Positions 34,606 through 50,500 of a stretch of DNA of 64,000 bases are shown here, piece by piece. Position 1 is the first letter of the stretch. Each line of letters starts with the position of its first letter. Under the pieces are notes generated by a model. That model ran no database searches, was not told where the DNA came from, and saw nothing but the letters and a program-made list of their open reading frames with translations. The stretch comes from the human T2T-CHM13v2.0 reference genome, Homo sapiens, in NCBI RefSeq assembly GCF_009914755.1, contig NC_060925.1. The stretch is one strand, 5' to 3'. Position numbers and translations under genes: made by a program.

Positions 34606-37600
34606 CCTCATTTAATCTTGACAGTCATCCTGCTTGCAGGATGCGTGTTTTTATCCTTCTGTGATAGGAAGCCAAGCTTCAGAGATGTTTTAAGTAATTT
34701 GTCCAAGGCTACACAGAAAGGGCAGAAGCAGAATTGAAATGAAGGTCTCTCTGGGTCTATATCTTATCCTGTCATTCTTTTTCTAATTTGTTCGATTTGT
34801 TTTTTCTTTAAAAATATTTTCTGGCTTCTTAAGTGTTCAGTGGTGTATTTTCTGAAAAGAAATGCCATAGGTCACAAATCAGGAGATAGTCTGTAGCTCA
34901 AACAGAGAATAGCCTTTCAAGATGAGGCTGCTATACTAGATACATCATACCATGACTCATGGCTTCATTGATATCTTATTCAAAACTGGGATCTCCAGCT
35001 CCAAAGGAATTCCACTCACATCTTCCCCTAATGGGAAACTGAGCTTAATTCCACACTGACATCTTGACTACATGAGATTTGCTGTTAGTCTTCTGTAACA
35101 GAATCTAAGATATAGTAGATCAGATTTGGAACTGATGACTTGAGTAGCAGCTGCAAGGCTCACAGCATTGTAAAGACAAGCTCATGTCTCCTATTCAACC
35201 CAAGGATGTGTGTGCCTGTCCTGATCGTTTTCAGGAGACACAATCTAGTAAAGGGAGCCACCAGCTGAGAGAGTCCTGAGGTCTTATCTGTCATCACTTA
35301 CCTGACAGACTCCCCATAGTCTGGAGCTCTGTGCTTGCTTTACTGTCCTCAGACGATGTCACTTGTTCTCTCTGGGTGCTTGTTTTATTTGTCTGTTTTA
35401 TGTATTTTTTTTAATGTTTAAATAAGAATTGCCACCCATATGGGACTATCGAGATAAAGAGCCTTTGAAAGTTCCAGTGACCTCTCAGGTGTAATCAATA
35501 TCATTAGAATGATAAAATATTTGGAACTGCTTTGGAAATGAAAATGCATGTAGACTTGGCGTCATTTGCTCCCCTCCAAAGAAGAGGGGCCAACCTTTGT
35601 GCCCCAGGTCTGAGGACCAGCTTCAGATTCTGGCAAGGTGAGGCAAAATTGAATTGCTTTCTTTCTGTGATTCATATTTTCAACCTGAACTTCAACACAG
35701 TCTTTTCTTTGAACTTCAGGGACCCTGGCTTGGTTTGCAGGGTATCTGCCTTTCCCTCCTTAAGAAAGTTGAGCAATTCCTGCCAGCACCTCAACTATTC
35801 CAGCAAGTCAGATGTTTTATCTTCTCATGGACCACACATCTGGTGGTTAGATGGAGGATTTCACCTCTTATCTAGATAGGCCAATTTTGGTAGACTCAAC
35901 CAGAGTCACCTCCTTCAGATGCTGGGAAGGCTGGGAAGAATCCAGAGGACCCAGACAGTAGAGGTAGGAAAAACTTTTATGTGCTTGAGGAGACAGGGTT
36001 TTCATAGGCCCCTGAATGGATGATTTTCAGCCGGGGGTAGAGTCCTATACCTTTCTTGGGTGATACCAATGGATCCACAGCTGTAGATTTTACTTGTAGC
36101 TTTTGTAGACTCTGTGTATCTCAATTCTGGGAGAATTTTATCAGGGGAAGGGAGACTGGATGGAATATTCTGGTGGGCCCTTAATGAAAGATTGGCCAAC
36201 AACAAGATCTATTGATATTGCAAATTTTGAAACATGCTGACAATTCCTAGCTTCCTTCTTTTGTTCTTTTATCCATTCAGATTCTCCTTCTCTTAGTTTG
36301 TCTCTGTCTCTCTTCCCTTGTCCTTTCCTGCTCTCTCTCTCCCTTTAGACATCTAAAGTCTTCTTACTATTTCTTTGTCAAATTCGGATCTCACAAAGGA
36401 TACTGACATAGCCATTCGTTCATTCTAAAGAATACAATGACTAATACTATCTTAAAGAGTTGCCCCTCTTTAGAAAGGGTGTTTTCCTTTTAGTAGTTTT
36501 CAAAACTGTGTCTTTACTAAAGAGAACAGTCTCCTTGTGGACAAGTATTCTTGAAGGCAAATCATGATCAGCTTTATATCTGCGGTTTAATGAAAAATAT
36601 GGAATCAAGCCACAGATATGCTGCTCTCACAGTAAAAATTTAGCTATTGAATAAGTGGGAGGGGACACAAAGAAGGCAGTTCACTTCCCCTCCCTTTACT
36701 CTTAGGAATGTGGAATCCCTGCAGTCTTGACCTCTGTGACCTTTCTACTTGATCCCTCCCCCATCATCAGTAGAGTACAAAATGATCCTCTGTAATTCTG
36801 AATATCTTGGAAAACAAATAATTATAATTAGAAGCTGAGAGTGTTCCATAACACTTCTCTAGGCTCCCAGGTCCTGGAAAATCAATAAACTGGAAAAAAA
36901 CTAAGTTTATGAAATATCACTATGCTTACACTTTCTAAGCACAGACAGTTAAAAGATTCTAAGAAATACAAGGACAAATAAATAAAACAAGAAGCAGTTT
37001 CAAGTCGTTGTGAGAGAAAACTCAATCAAATGGCAAAGAGACAGCAACATGAAATGGCTCTCCACTTTCTGTTTCCTTCAGGCCCCCTGCAGATGTCATT
37101 AGCTTTCTGTAATTTCTTATCTTCAGGGGCAGTTTTTATTCAAGTCTATTTAGACAAAACAAGCTTTAATTCCAGCAGTGCTATTTGTCTTGAACCACCA
37201 CCCCCCACCCTTGAAAAAAAGGAGTGGAGGAAGCATCTGAAGCAAAAATCAGTAAAAGGAGACAGTGACAAGAGATCAAAATGCATTCAGCAGTCATTTT
37301 AAGGGGAGTACCAGTGTAAAGAAAATAAGCCCTTGGAATCAGCCAATTAATCACAGACCTTCCTTCCTCCCACTGTGTGAGTGTTGCCACCCCTGTAAAC
37401 CACTGACTCCATGCACTCTCACCATCAACTTTCCCTGTCACGTTCCAGACAGACTCCTGTGTCTTCAAGACCAATACATGTAAGTGGCCAGTTGAGAGCT
37501 GTGATTACTCACCCTTTCTGTAATGTGTGCCCACAAGATAAACCATCCATGCTGACCGCAGTGGTCTACCCTTGAGGTCATTCCTTGCAAACATCCTCAT

Positions 37601-40227
37601 TGCTTAGCTGAAACCTCTACTTCTGTTCTTTTTCATGAAATTCACTTCATTTAGGGCCAGTTATACTCATCACCTGTTATGCATTTCAGAGCCTATGATT
37701 TTTGTATATAACATGTCTCCCATTCTATTTTATTTTGTAAGAGTCAACTTTCTGTGATTTTTTTTTTTAGCTCTATTTGGCTTTCTGTCACGATAAATAA
37801 CAGTTTTGCTATTTGCAAAATAAAGCTGATTATCATTATTTTAGTTTCCAGAGGTTAGAAAAAACTGAAATACCGTAGATGTTCAGAAGTATGAAACCAT
37901 CCCATTTCTCGGTGCATTCAATTTAGTTTACTTGCATTTTTTTCTTTGTCTGGAATACTAACATTTCATGTTCATTGGGGACAAAAATAAGAAAATTTAA
38001 TTAAGATGAGTGAAAATATGAAAACATTGATCTTGTTATCCTAAAATAACCTATTTTAAATTATTTACTTATTAACTATTTAATATTATGGTTTCTATTC
38101 TCTTAGTCTTTTTGTACATATTTTAAAATCATTTTATACTTTTAAATTACAAAATGTATTATACAATGCATAAAGTTTTATCTTTTTAGACCTTTTTCCT
38201 ATACTCAAAAATATGTAGTAAACTTCTTTATTTATCATTTTTGTAGGCTGCATAATTTTCTACCTAATAGAATATATTATAGCTTATTTCACCAGTCCTC
38301 CAGACTTGAATATTTAGGTTTTCTCCATTGTTTTAAAGAATGCTGCAACTGACATCTCTGTTACTAAATGTTTGCACACATCCTAAATTATCTCTATAAA
38401 ATAAAATTAGAGGCATATAATTGTTCAGGCAAAAAGTGTGCCCAGCATTTAGGGTTCTGATACATAGTAATAATTTATACTCCCATCAGTAGTGTCTGAA
38501 AACTCAGGGTTTACATTTCTTGTATATAAGGAATCTCTTGCCATGGATTTTAGTTCCATTTTAGTTCTATTTAGCTTTCATCCCCAGGCCTCTTATAATC
38601 CTACTTATTTCACATATGGTCCTGATATTATCAGCTTTTTTTTTTAGTAGCCTTTTGCCCTTTGCTGCTTAAGCATGTGTTTCTGGATGAGATTCTGATT
38701 CCTAATTAAATAGATTCAGATTACTGATTGAATTTTCTGAGTATCCTGTCCCATATGTCAGTGTCCCTCAGAAAGTCAACAGAAAACTTTGGAATGGTAT
38801 AATAATTAATAATTGAAAGAAGAATTCAATTAAGAATATGAAGTTGGCCCTAACATTCATTATTCTTATTGCCACACCTGGTTAACAATACATTCTTTTT
38901 TTTTTTTTTAAGAGTTTTTTCGACCCCTCCAGAAAAAAAAAAAAAATAGAATAAAACAAAAATAGATCAGGTTCTGATTAATTATAAAACCTCTGGTTTC
39001 AATCCAGTTTGCAGAATGATACCATAGGTATAAAAGTCAAAACATTAGCTGAAAATTGTAATTTTTTAAGGAAATTATTTCAATATAAGATACACATCAT
39101 TTGACTCTCTTGTTCCTTACAGAGTGATCCAAGAACAGGACCTGTTACTTTCCATCCATTGTCATTTCATAGACCCCTTGAAGCAACCCAGTGGTTGGTA
39201 GCAGCAATCTTTGTGCAGATGAGGACTCTGAAGCTCAGAAATGTTGTATAACTTGTTTAATACAAAGCCCACGCTCTTTGTATTCCATCAGACCATATCC
39301 TGTAGATACATATACATTGCTAGGGAAGTACACTATGGCAACTGAGACACCTCTCACAAGGTGGTATGGTTTATAAAAAATAGCATTATGTATTTGTCAT
39401 CATTGCTTGGTTGAGTGTCCAACACAGAAATAAAAATAAGCAGGGTGCCCTCTTTGGCATGGAAATATTCTAATTCATTTCCCCAGAGAATGACCATACT
39501 CACCAGTATTATTTTGCTCTACTTATTTGCTTTTAATCATAATATATGCCTGTTTACTTTTTGTAGCTATAAAAAGGTAGATAAAAGAAGCACTTTAGGT
39601 AGATATAAAAAGCACTTTAATTAAGAACATGAATTAAAAGATACTTCAATAATGAAGTACAATAGATTAAGGAATACTTTAATAGATTAAAATAACTTGA
39701 ATTAAAAGATACTTAAATGCTATTGTTATTAACACAAAGGTTTAGGCTAACAAAACGCATTTTCCCAAATATCTCTCTCACCTCCCCCCACAATTTTTAT
39801 TCAGGAATGTAAGAATTGGGCTTTTATAAAAGCAACCAAGGGCTAAACATCTACTAAGTTCTTAGAAACTTTGAAGGATTACAGAACTCTCTTTCTATAA
39901 TAAGGTTTACCTGTTTGACTTGATTTTGTTCAAGATGGCATTTCATACTGGTGTAAACCTAAACAAAAATGTGTAAGATTTATCTCATAGAAAGACGTGC
40001 CTGTAAGTAATTAATTCCTCACTCTAATTACTATTTATGCCTTTACTTTTTATTGTAAACATTCTTGTTGGAATAAACTAGAAATAGGTTTTTTTTCTTT
40101 ACACTAAAATAATTCATGAATAGCAATGAAATCCATGCTGTATAATATTCAAATGAGAGATCAGGAAAGACAAGGCTTTTAGTTAAATCAGTAATATTCT
40201 GTGATGGGGAAAATTGCCTTGAAAAAT

Positions 40228-40272
40228 ACACACACACACACACACACATGCACACACACACACACACACATA
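40228..40272. repeat. (CA)n microsatellite, interrupted
   Basis: Direct inspection. Confidence 0.95.
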
Positions 40273-40814
40273 CATACTACTAGAAAAAGTTTGAGGTTCG
40301 ATTCAGAGTGTGGAAGGTACAGTGTCTTAAAAGAGTTTCAGTTGCAGCATTTAGGCAGATGATCAAGAATATGCAGAAGAAAACAAAAGAAATCATAATT
40401 ATAGTTTCCTAACAGAGGTATTTGATCCTCTGCAGTGAACCATAAAAAACTAGCGTGGGATCAGAATCTTGAGTAGCATGTATTTAATTGTATGCATTTC
40501 AAAGAAATTTGAACATTTTAAAAAGTTACACCATATGAAAAATTGTATATAAAGACATTTTCTATAATATTATAATAATTTTACAAATGAGGAAACAGGG
40601 TTAGAGAGAGTAAGTGAGTTACCAAAGCCAATGGCTAGAAAGTGAGAGAGGCAGAATCCAAGTACTAGCCTGGGATTCCCAAACCAAAGACTGTTCAGCT
40701 CAGCCACAAGTGGAAATGGATTCTTATGGGGCTAAGTGATTACCATTACTTTAAAAACTAGTATCAGAAATAGATGACAAGAATTTAAATGTATATCAAA
40801 ATATCCCTTTGGTA

Positions 40815-41215
40815 AATGTTAGTGTCCTCACAGGTAAACAGAGGGCACCCTCAAATTAGAGTAATTTGAGAGGGTTTAAAAGAGGGACTGTTTACAAAAT
40901 TGCAGTCATAGAGACATAGAGAAATCACAGGGAGAATGTGACCCTCGGGTTTGTAACAGCTGGGCCTGTAGAGGCGAGGGAAAAGTGCAGTTACTGGATG
41001 CCCAGAACAGAGGGCTGTGTGGAGACTGCACAGTGACCCTGGAAGAAAAGGGCTGCACTGTTAACCCTATTCTCCCTCTCTCTAATCTCCTGCCTGCCTC
41101 ACCATTGGCTGGAATCAGAATCAGAGAGCAAGGGAACCTGTTGATGTATTCTGTAGAAGGCCACATCTCTAAGCTCAGAGGAGGGTGGGAAGGAATCTTC
41201 AGAAGCACTTGGAGA
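40815..41215. mobile_element. Ancient ERVL-type solo LTR (family uncertain)
   Basis: CAGGTAAACAGAGGGCACCCTCAAATTAGAGTAATTTGAG...GGGACTGTTTACAAA resembles the element at 29670. Confidence 0.45.
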
Positions 41216-44211
41216 CATTCAACTGAGTCACCCAGCCTGGACTATTCAGAGCGGTCTGCAGACTAGAGGGCAGTCTCTAAATGGTTTGTTCAGATTTGCT
41301 ATGAAACAAGGAACTTGCATCAGAATGTAAATCAATTATGTCACCAAGTGTACTGTTTAGTTCAGCTGTCATTTTATTCATAGCAAGATGTTCTCAATGA
41401 AGGAACCGGTGTGCTGGCTTACATCCTGGGGCCAACTCCTTTCACCACAGATGGGCCCTTTGAATAGCACTAAACTAGATTCCTTGCTCTGTAGGTAATG
41501 ATAAAAACGCTGGAATCCCTTTCCTTGTTTTGATTTTCCTACCTTAACTTCTGCTAAAGAGAAGAATAACGAGTATTTTTCTGTACCTACCCTGAGCCTG
41601 GCACTGTGCTAAGGTACTTTAGATGACATTTAATTCTTGCAAGTTAGATTATTCACTTCATCTTTACAGACAAGAAACAGGGCCAGAAAGTTTAAGTAAT
41701 GTGCCTGTGGTCTAGCAAGTGAGAGAGCCAGCACTCAAATTCAGATCTTACTCCAAAGTCCATGCCCCTCACTGTTTGTAGGCTATCCCAGGACTGTGCT
41801 TAAAATTATCTGACATTAACACCAAGAAATAAAGCAGGGTTGTTGGGGGATTGCCTTATATGGAGACCTATGACTATGTTCTGTATACATATGCTATGCA
41901 TGATTCCTGGGAATAGATAAAACCCAGCTCCCCCCAAATCAGATGGCACTGTTTGTGAATACGATGTTACTCCACGTTACAAGGCCTTGTCCAGCCCAGC
42001 CAGCCAGGTCAGAGATGAATTCAGTTTGTTTCTAAGTGGCTGTTGTCTGTTGCCATCTCTTTTTAAACCTGGGAGGTCAGGAAGAAGATAGGGAGAAAGA
42101 ATTCATGAGAGGGATGCATTTCCTTAGAAATGTTATTAATTGGCTGGGCAAAACAAGAGAAGGAAATAAAATAGCTGCTCCTTACTAAGTAAAGGCATCT
42201 TCTTCCCTTATCTCATTAAAAATTAAAAGCACTCTTGGTTTAAGTAGGGCAAATTAGTAATTAAGTGCTATATAATGAACTTGTATAAACAGAATATTGA
42301 AGGGGAAGCCAAATTAATCACTCTGCTGGCTTGTTTTTGCCCCCATTAATGCACCTTTTACTCAGGTCCTTCCTGTGATACCAGGATGCATTTTCTGCTC
42401 TCCTCTGCTGCTGGAGATTGGGTGGGCTGTGATAGTTGGGCTGACAGATGACAGTGGACTAGATCTGGAAAAGTCATGTGTAGGGGCCTCGATGGCCATT
42501 TCATTTTTTAAGCCAAGGCTCATCAGCACAAGCCTGCATGTGACGGGAACAGCCTTAGACAGTAGCAGGGCAAGGAAGAATTAGACACAATGTCGGTACC
42601 CAAGGAATTCCCAGTCTACTGGTGGCGGGAGGTTGGGCACAGATGGATACAGTTATGAAAAAGTCTAAGGTGTAATGGCAAAGACTATTTCCTTGGACTC
42701 AAATCTTGGCTCAGCCACTTACCTTGGGTGAGTTACTTAGTTTCTCTGTGTCTCAGAGGCCTCACCTGTGAAAGATTCCATTGCAATTACTCTGCAATGG
42801 AATGATGGAGCATTTGAGGAGTGACTTCCACTGTCTTAAGAGGGCTGGGAAAGTCTTCCAGAAGAGGCAACCTTTGGCTGGTGACGGAGCTAGAACTCAG
42901 GGTACCGTGGGACCCCCCAGGCCTATGCTCCTCATCTTTGCAGCATAGTGCCTCCTCTGAAAGCGGAAGAAGGAGCTTGGGCCTCAACCCAGGACAAATC
43001 TCTCTCCATTTCAGCTCAACATAGTAAATATTAGTAATAACATCTGGATCCTCAGTCTCATGATATGTTAGCAACTACCTGCCAAGTATGTGGGGTGAGG
43101 AGTAGAAAGAGTAAGTGAGCTGAGTCCATCACAGGCTGGGTAAGATGAAATCAAATGGAGCAGCAGAAAGTAGCCCTCTAAGTCACCTTGCTGAACCTCA
43201 CGGTGATGCCATCTCCTCGGCTTGCTAGCTGTGTGAACACACCTGGCTGGGCAAGCTACTTAATTTCTCTGATCTCAGTTCCATATTAACTGACCCCATT
43301 GAGTTTCTGCAAAGATTCTGTGAATGAAAGCACATTTAGCACAATGCCTATTCAGCAGAAAAGTACTATTATCATTCCCTGTGTTCATTTGATCTTCACC
43401 ACAACCCTATGAGGTAGGTGGCATCATTGTGCCACTCTATTAAGCAAGAAATTGAGGCACCAAGCTATTGAAAATCTCGCCTAAGGTCATCTAGATGGTT
43501 AGTGGCAGAACGATGGTTTAAACTCAAGTGGTCTGGCTCCAGCCCTGCCCTCTGCGTATCCCCCACAGCCCTGTGCTTTGGAGGGCACCTATAGCTAGGT
43601 TTGCATGTCACATGCTAGAAATAGGGTAGACGCTTCTCAAGGATGTCCGGACCTCTCTCTCACTACTGAGGAAGAAGTTATTTCCTTCTGCTTGAGGGAA
43701 TGGTGGGGCAGAGCCTACAGCTGTGGTGACCCTTTGACAGGTGGGGCAGGTAGAGCAGGCACAAGTGACTCACCAGGGAGCATTAGCCCTAGGATGCAGT
43801 AGGAATGCAGCTGCTGCACTGATCTTGGCAGTTTTGATTAGTGAACAGAATAATTTATTTGTCATTCATACTCTGCTTCCATAAAGGATTTAAGAAAGCT
43901 TACAATAAGTGACTAAATAGTTACTGGAATAAAACTCATAAGTTAGAAATGATGTAAAAAGAGGAAAATACACATATATATACATATAAACATGGGAAGA
44001 TACCAGCAAAGGACAAGGTGATTTGATTCTGTATCAGGTAGGAGAAAAGTACTAGAAAAGTATTAGTACTAATATTTGTATTCAAAGTACTGCCAAAGAA
44101 TGTTGAAAATCAGATTGTTTTAATTCTGGATTGGTGAGTGCCACACCAAATATCTATGGGACAGATCTGGCTTATCTATGGGTCTCTGATCTGGACTAGG
44201 CAGTTATTATT

Positions 44212-44310
44212 ATTTTTTTTTAAATGAGGTCTCGCTCTATTGCCCAGGCTGGAGCGCAGTGACATAATCATGGCTCACTGCAGCCTCAAACACCTGTTCA
44301 AGCAATCCCC
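44212..44310 (-). mobile_element. Truncated Alu fragment (AluJ-like)
   Basis: GGTCTCGCTCTATTGCCCAGGCTGGAGCGCAGTG...CACTGCAGCCTCAAAC. Confidence 0.8.
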
Positions 44311-45482
44311 TAGGGGGTTACTTTGACTGAACTTCAGGCAACCAAGGCAAAACTGGGAAAAGTGTCAAGTCATATGGAGTCAAAGAATTATACCAATTCT
44401 TTGAAAGAGACCACATTTTTCCTTATACCAAATTCTAAAATCATTATTTCTTTAAAAATGAACTTAGAAATCCTTCCATGGAACTCTTATAGAAGAAGGC
44501 AGAATTCATTATATACCACCTTGCTGAGAGCCCAGATCATAACATTGAAACCTGACTTCGGGTCTAGGATAGGCTGGGTTTATAGCTTTTTGGAGATGTC
44601 ACTTGACTCAGGGATAGAACCAAGAATACCCAGTTTGGTAGAGAGATAGCATGTCCCTTCACCTTTTTCCATGAATATTCCTTCCCTTGGCCAGCTTTGC
44701 AAACAAAGCTGTGTTACTGACCTAGGAGTGTCTCATAGTACCTCAGTACTAAAGCTTTTTACAAGCCTGGCATCAGAGAAGTGCTAAAATGAAGCACCCG
44801 TCAATCGAGAAGGGCAACAGATGTTGAAGCATATCAAATATCAGTAAACAGCAAGCCACAGAGACTGCTGAACTTGGCATCCTCATAGCAAAAATACCCT
44901 GTTGCCTTTAAGAGAGAACGCTGTGGACTTTTATAAACCACATTAAGTGATGTATTTTTTTCTCCATTTGGACAATTGCTACCCTATGAAATATTTTCCC
45001 TGAAAGATGGTCTGCTATCCTCTATTATTTTTTTTTAATCTCTACTTTTTTAAGGGCAAACTTAATGCTCACAGAGTGTTCTAGGCTCTCAGCCCTGGAA
45101 ATATAGGTCTCCAGAAATTGAGAGGAGTTTCATATTCAGCTTATCTAGTACCCTCTCTTTTACTATTAGCCGTATGATTCATATTATAAGTAATAAATCG
45201 AGCTGTATTTCAATCCTGTAGCTGTGCACTAGATTAGTCCCTTTACCTCTCTAAGCCTGCTTACTCATTTGTATAAAAATAAGACTATTAAGAACACATA
45301 CCTCATGCAATTGTTGTGAAAATTAAATGAGATGATATGCAAGAAGTATTTGGCACAGTTGCTAGTATGAATAAACTCTCAATGAGAGGTATACAAAATT
45401 ATAGCAATATTTATGATGATATCTATCATTACTATTAGCTGACTATAAGTCACATGCTGTGTTAATGCTTTACATATATTAC

Positions 45483-46330
<848 letters not shown>

Positions 46331-47197
46331 TTGCTTTTAACTACTAAAAGAAAAGGTAGTCCTTATAGAGAATTCACTTCTCCTCCTCTCCCTGTTGGAG
46401 TGAGCCAAGCCAACTGGAGAAGGGATGGCTGGTTATCATGGAGAGACGTTCACTTGGACTAAAGCTCAAAAGACAATAAATTGACCTAAGCATCTTTGAT
46501 GAATACTGCCTATACACCCAGCTGAGTTTGGCATTGAGGCCAGGAGCCTCAGGTAGCTTACCCCCTCTCTGAGGAGACAAGATTCAAGTACAAGTCATAG
46601 CCAAGCACACTACAAGATAGTGTCTAGTCAGAAGGAATAGGAACTCCTCTTTCTTGAGCCAGAGCCCTGGACCATTCACTATTCTAGGTAAGTAACTATA
46701 ATAGATATGTGATTATTCTCACATGAAAAATGAGGAAATGGAGGCTCAGAGAGGGCAAGTGATTTACCCAAAGTCACACTGCAATTAAGTAGTGGTCTTA
46801 GCAGCTTAAGTCTGTATGTCCTAGAACCTGTTTATGGGACTTATATCTGTTCCTCAAAGTTTTCTAATCTTTTTGTCAGTTTCAAAGCAGATAGTAAGAA
46901 AACTACATACATAATTCATATTGCCCTGGTCTTGTAGAAATGACCTTACAGAAACAATATTCAACCTTATTCACCTAATTCTCAGAACAGGTTTATGTGG
47001 AAAGTTTATTGTGTTCATTTTTTACAGATGACAAAGCAGAATCAAAAAAGTAAAGGAATTTACCCAAGTTCATACCGAACGTTCATATTCAACCTGGAAT
47101 TTGAATGCAGGTTTTTCTCTCCCCAAGCATATGCTCTTTCCACTTGGGGACGTCCAAGAACTGGACCATATGTAGTATAAGACCAAGTGTTTTTTAG

Positions 47198-47578
<381 letters not shown>

Positions 47579-50500
47579 TAAAGTGACCTGAAACCAGAGA
47601 GTGCTGTTGCATAATCTACTCTCTGGTAGTGACTACCAGCAGGAAAGAGTAGCCTGGCTTTGTGTAAGAAATGGGGCTTGAAATGGGCTGGAGTGGAAAC
47701 ATTAATTTAGGACAGGCAGAGAAGCAGCAGGAAGAGGGATTTTTAGATAAAGGTGCTGGTGAGAGCAAAGAAACAGATGCAGACAGAACGGAGATCAACG
47801 TTAACTCCTGGGAAGGGTCCCAGTTCAGGAGTAGTGAAAAAGAAAGTTGGATAGATAGGACCACAGTTGATTACAGGTAGGGGTTGTTAACCACAAACAG
47901 ATCAATTAGGAATTTGATCAGCAGTCTTGGGAGTACTTTTTGCTCAGTATTCCCTTATCCTTTAACTGTCTTTTAAAAAAATGTTGCAAGCTGATAGTCT
48001 CACTTTAAAAAAAAAAACGTTAAGTCCTTCTTAGATAATACTGCTTTCTGCTTAAGAAAAATAGCTTTTAAATTAGTTCAGCCTGTGAGTAATAATAAAA
48101 GTTTATTACTTATCTCTCACAGTTTTGAAGAGTCTCTAAAATAGAAGGGAATACTCTTTAAATGCCCCTAAAGTGCTATCCTCTTTCACTACAGTTCATT
48201 TGTGTATAGGGTGTTATAAAATCACACATTTGAGAATTTCAGGATGGAGAAAGCACCTTCTGAAGCAATGTCATTGAGAGATGGGGAGCAAGCCGCTTTC
48301 TACCAGCTCAAAATCTACTCCCTCCTCCCTCCCCAGCCCCTCCCTGACACCTGGGCCTAGAGGAGCCTGTGTGTTGGATAGAGTTGACGGCAGTGAAATT
48401 CCTACCAAGTTGGCCCTTTCAGTTTCACCTGTCAGTGTCTCTGATGAAGAGGGATCTTGACAAACCAGACTGGTTTGGATAATTGGACTACAGCAGTTGT
48501 CTTCATCTCAGTAAACTGACTAACCACTACAGAGGCTGGAGGAGAAATTTATAGAAAATCCTAAAATGGAAATTGAAGCAAGTGTTTCAATGACTAGGAA
48601 ACAACAGGCTTTAGTGAGGTTCCAACATATTATAGTATGGTGGGGTGCTGGGACTCCTGTCTTCAAGGGGCCCCTAAAAGTGATAGAGGGGATTCATTTA
48701 GTATGCCCCAGCTGCCATTTAAGCACTTTGTGGTTATTGGCTCACTTAGTCCTCACAACGGTCCCATGAGATCCTGATATTAGTTGTACTTTGCACACAA
48801 GGAACCTGAATCACCAAGAGGCCACGCGCTTTCCCAAGCTTACATAGCTGGTAAAAGGTGAAGCTCAGATACAAACCCAGATTTTCTGACTCTGTGGTCT
48901 GTTCACTGTAAATACTGAAACCCATCTCTATAAAGCTCCTTTGGGAAACTCATCTTGGTGAGGCCCACCTCTACACGGCCCTACCCCCATGTGCCCATCT
49001 CTTGCACCGCCCTTAGATGTTGCCATGTTTGCTGATCTCACTCAAGTGTGAGCTTCCATATAAGGGTCCAAGTCTTACTGATCCTTAGCCAGTAGTCAGT
49101 GCTGGATACATGTATGCTGTACCAGACTGGAGGTGAAGTTTTACAGAGACTTTGTAATCTTCCTGAAGCTGGCTAAGAAGGCAGCCACCTGTGACTAGTT
49201 ACACAGAAACCCAGCCACTTAAAGCAGTGGCACTGCTGGGGATGGACTTAGATTTAAAGTCGCTAGCAGGTAAAATCTGACCTATGTCTCCAGAAACAAC
49301 TTTACTTGTGCACATTAGCTGTGACTGTAAACTGCTGCTTAACGGTTCTCACTTGCTCTAATTTTTCAAAGACTGACTCCCCAGTCATTAGAGTCTGTTC
49401 TGTTACTAGTAACTCAGTGGATGATCTGGAACAAGAGGTCTACCTCTTTGGGCCACAGTTTCCTCATCTTTAAACTGAAAGAATCAGATTCTGGTTTTCA
49501 AAAATGTAAAGCAGTGGAACCTTTGGGAGGCCAATACAGAAAACAGAAGGTGAACTGTGTCTCTGGCTTATCCATCACACCCTCTTTCCCCACTGCCTGG
49601 CAGCCTTGGAGGGTCTTTGCTGAACATAAGCACTGGACTAGATCTTTCCAAAGGAAATAACTGAAAATATTATAATGTTTAATAATGATACTTAATAATT
49701 CAATAATAAAGTAACTTCAAAATAGCCTAGCCTACCTTGAGAAAAGCAGGTTGGAGGGCCCTCACCATGGGGTCACTGTGCCTGTCTGTGTTACTGTCAA
49801 ACATTGTGTGTTCCAGGCACGGAGGGGTGTCAGCTCAGCCTGATAATGTACAGTGGATTGGGGAAGCTAAAGCCTCTGGGCCTCATTCTCCTTGGCTGAA
49901 AACAGACTGCGTGTCATGGCACTGGTGAATTAGAAATTCTATCCAGCCACTCCTGGAGATTGATTTTCCGTCTGGGGATCTGACCTCTTGCTTCACTAGC
50001 AGAGGGGATCAGACTGTTCTGGGAGGAGTCAACGAGCTGGCCCTCAGAAAAGCCTTCTCTTTCTTTTTTGTTCTTTTTTTTTCTTTTCTTTTTTTTTTTT
50101 TTTTAACTGTATGTTTCAAAGGGAAAGTCTGATTACTTTGGGGACTTAACACTACCAGTTTGAATTCTTCTTGGTACTTACAGCCTTAAGATATCCATAC
50201 ACCCCCACATCCGTCCTTTGTGCTAGAAGATTACTGAAGATTTAATTCCATTTATGTCATTGGATTTGTAAAAAACCCCTTTTGGATTCAAAGATGAAGG
50301 CCTCACTTACTTTATTTTTGTCATTTTCACAGACCCCTTATGTAAATGCCTCAAGAGTAAGAATCTTGCTCAAGTGATTTTTGTATCTCCAATGGCTAAC
50401 AAGGAGCCTGACATAGAGTAGCTGCTTGGTAAATATGTGTTCATTCATTCAACAAATACCCCCAAGGTACAACGATAAGAAAAATAACTATAGTCCTAAT

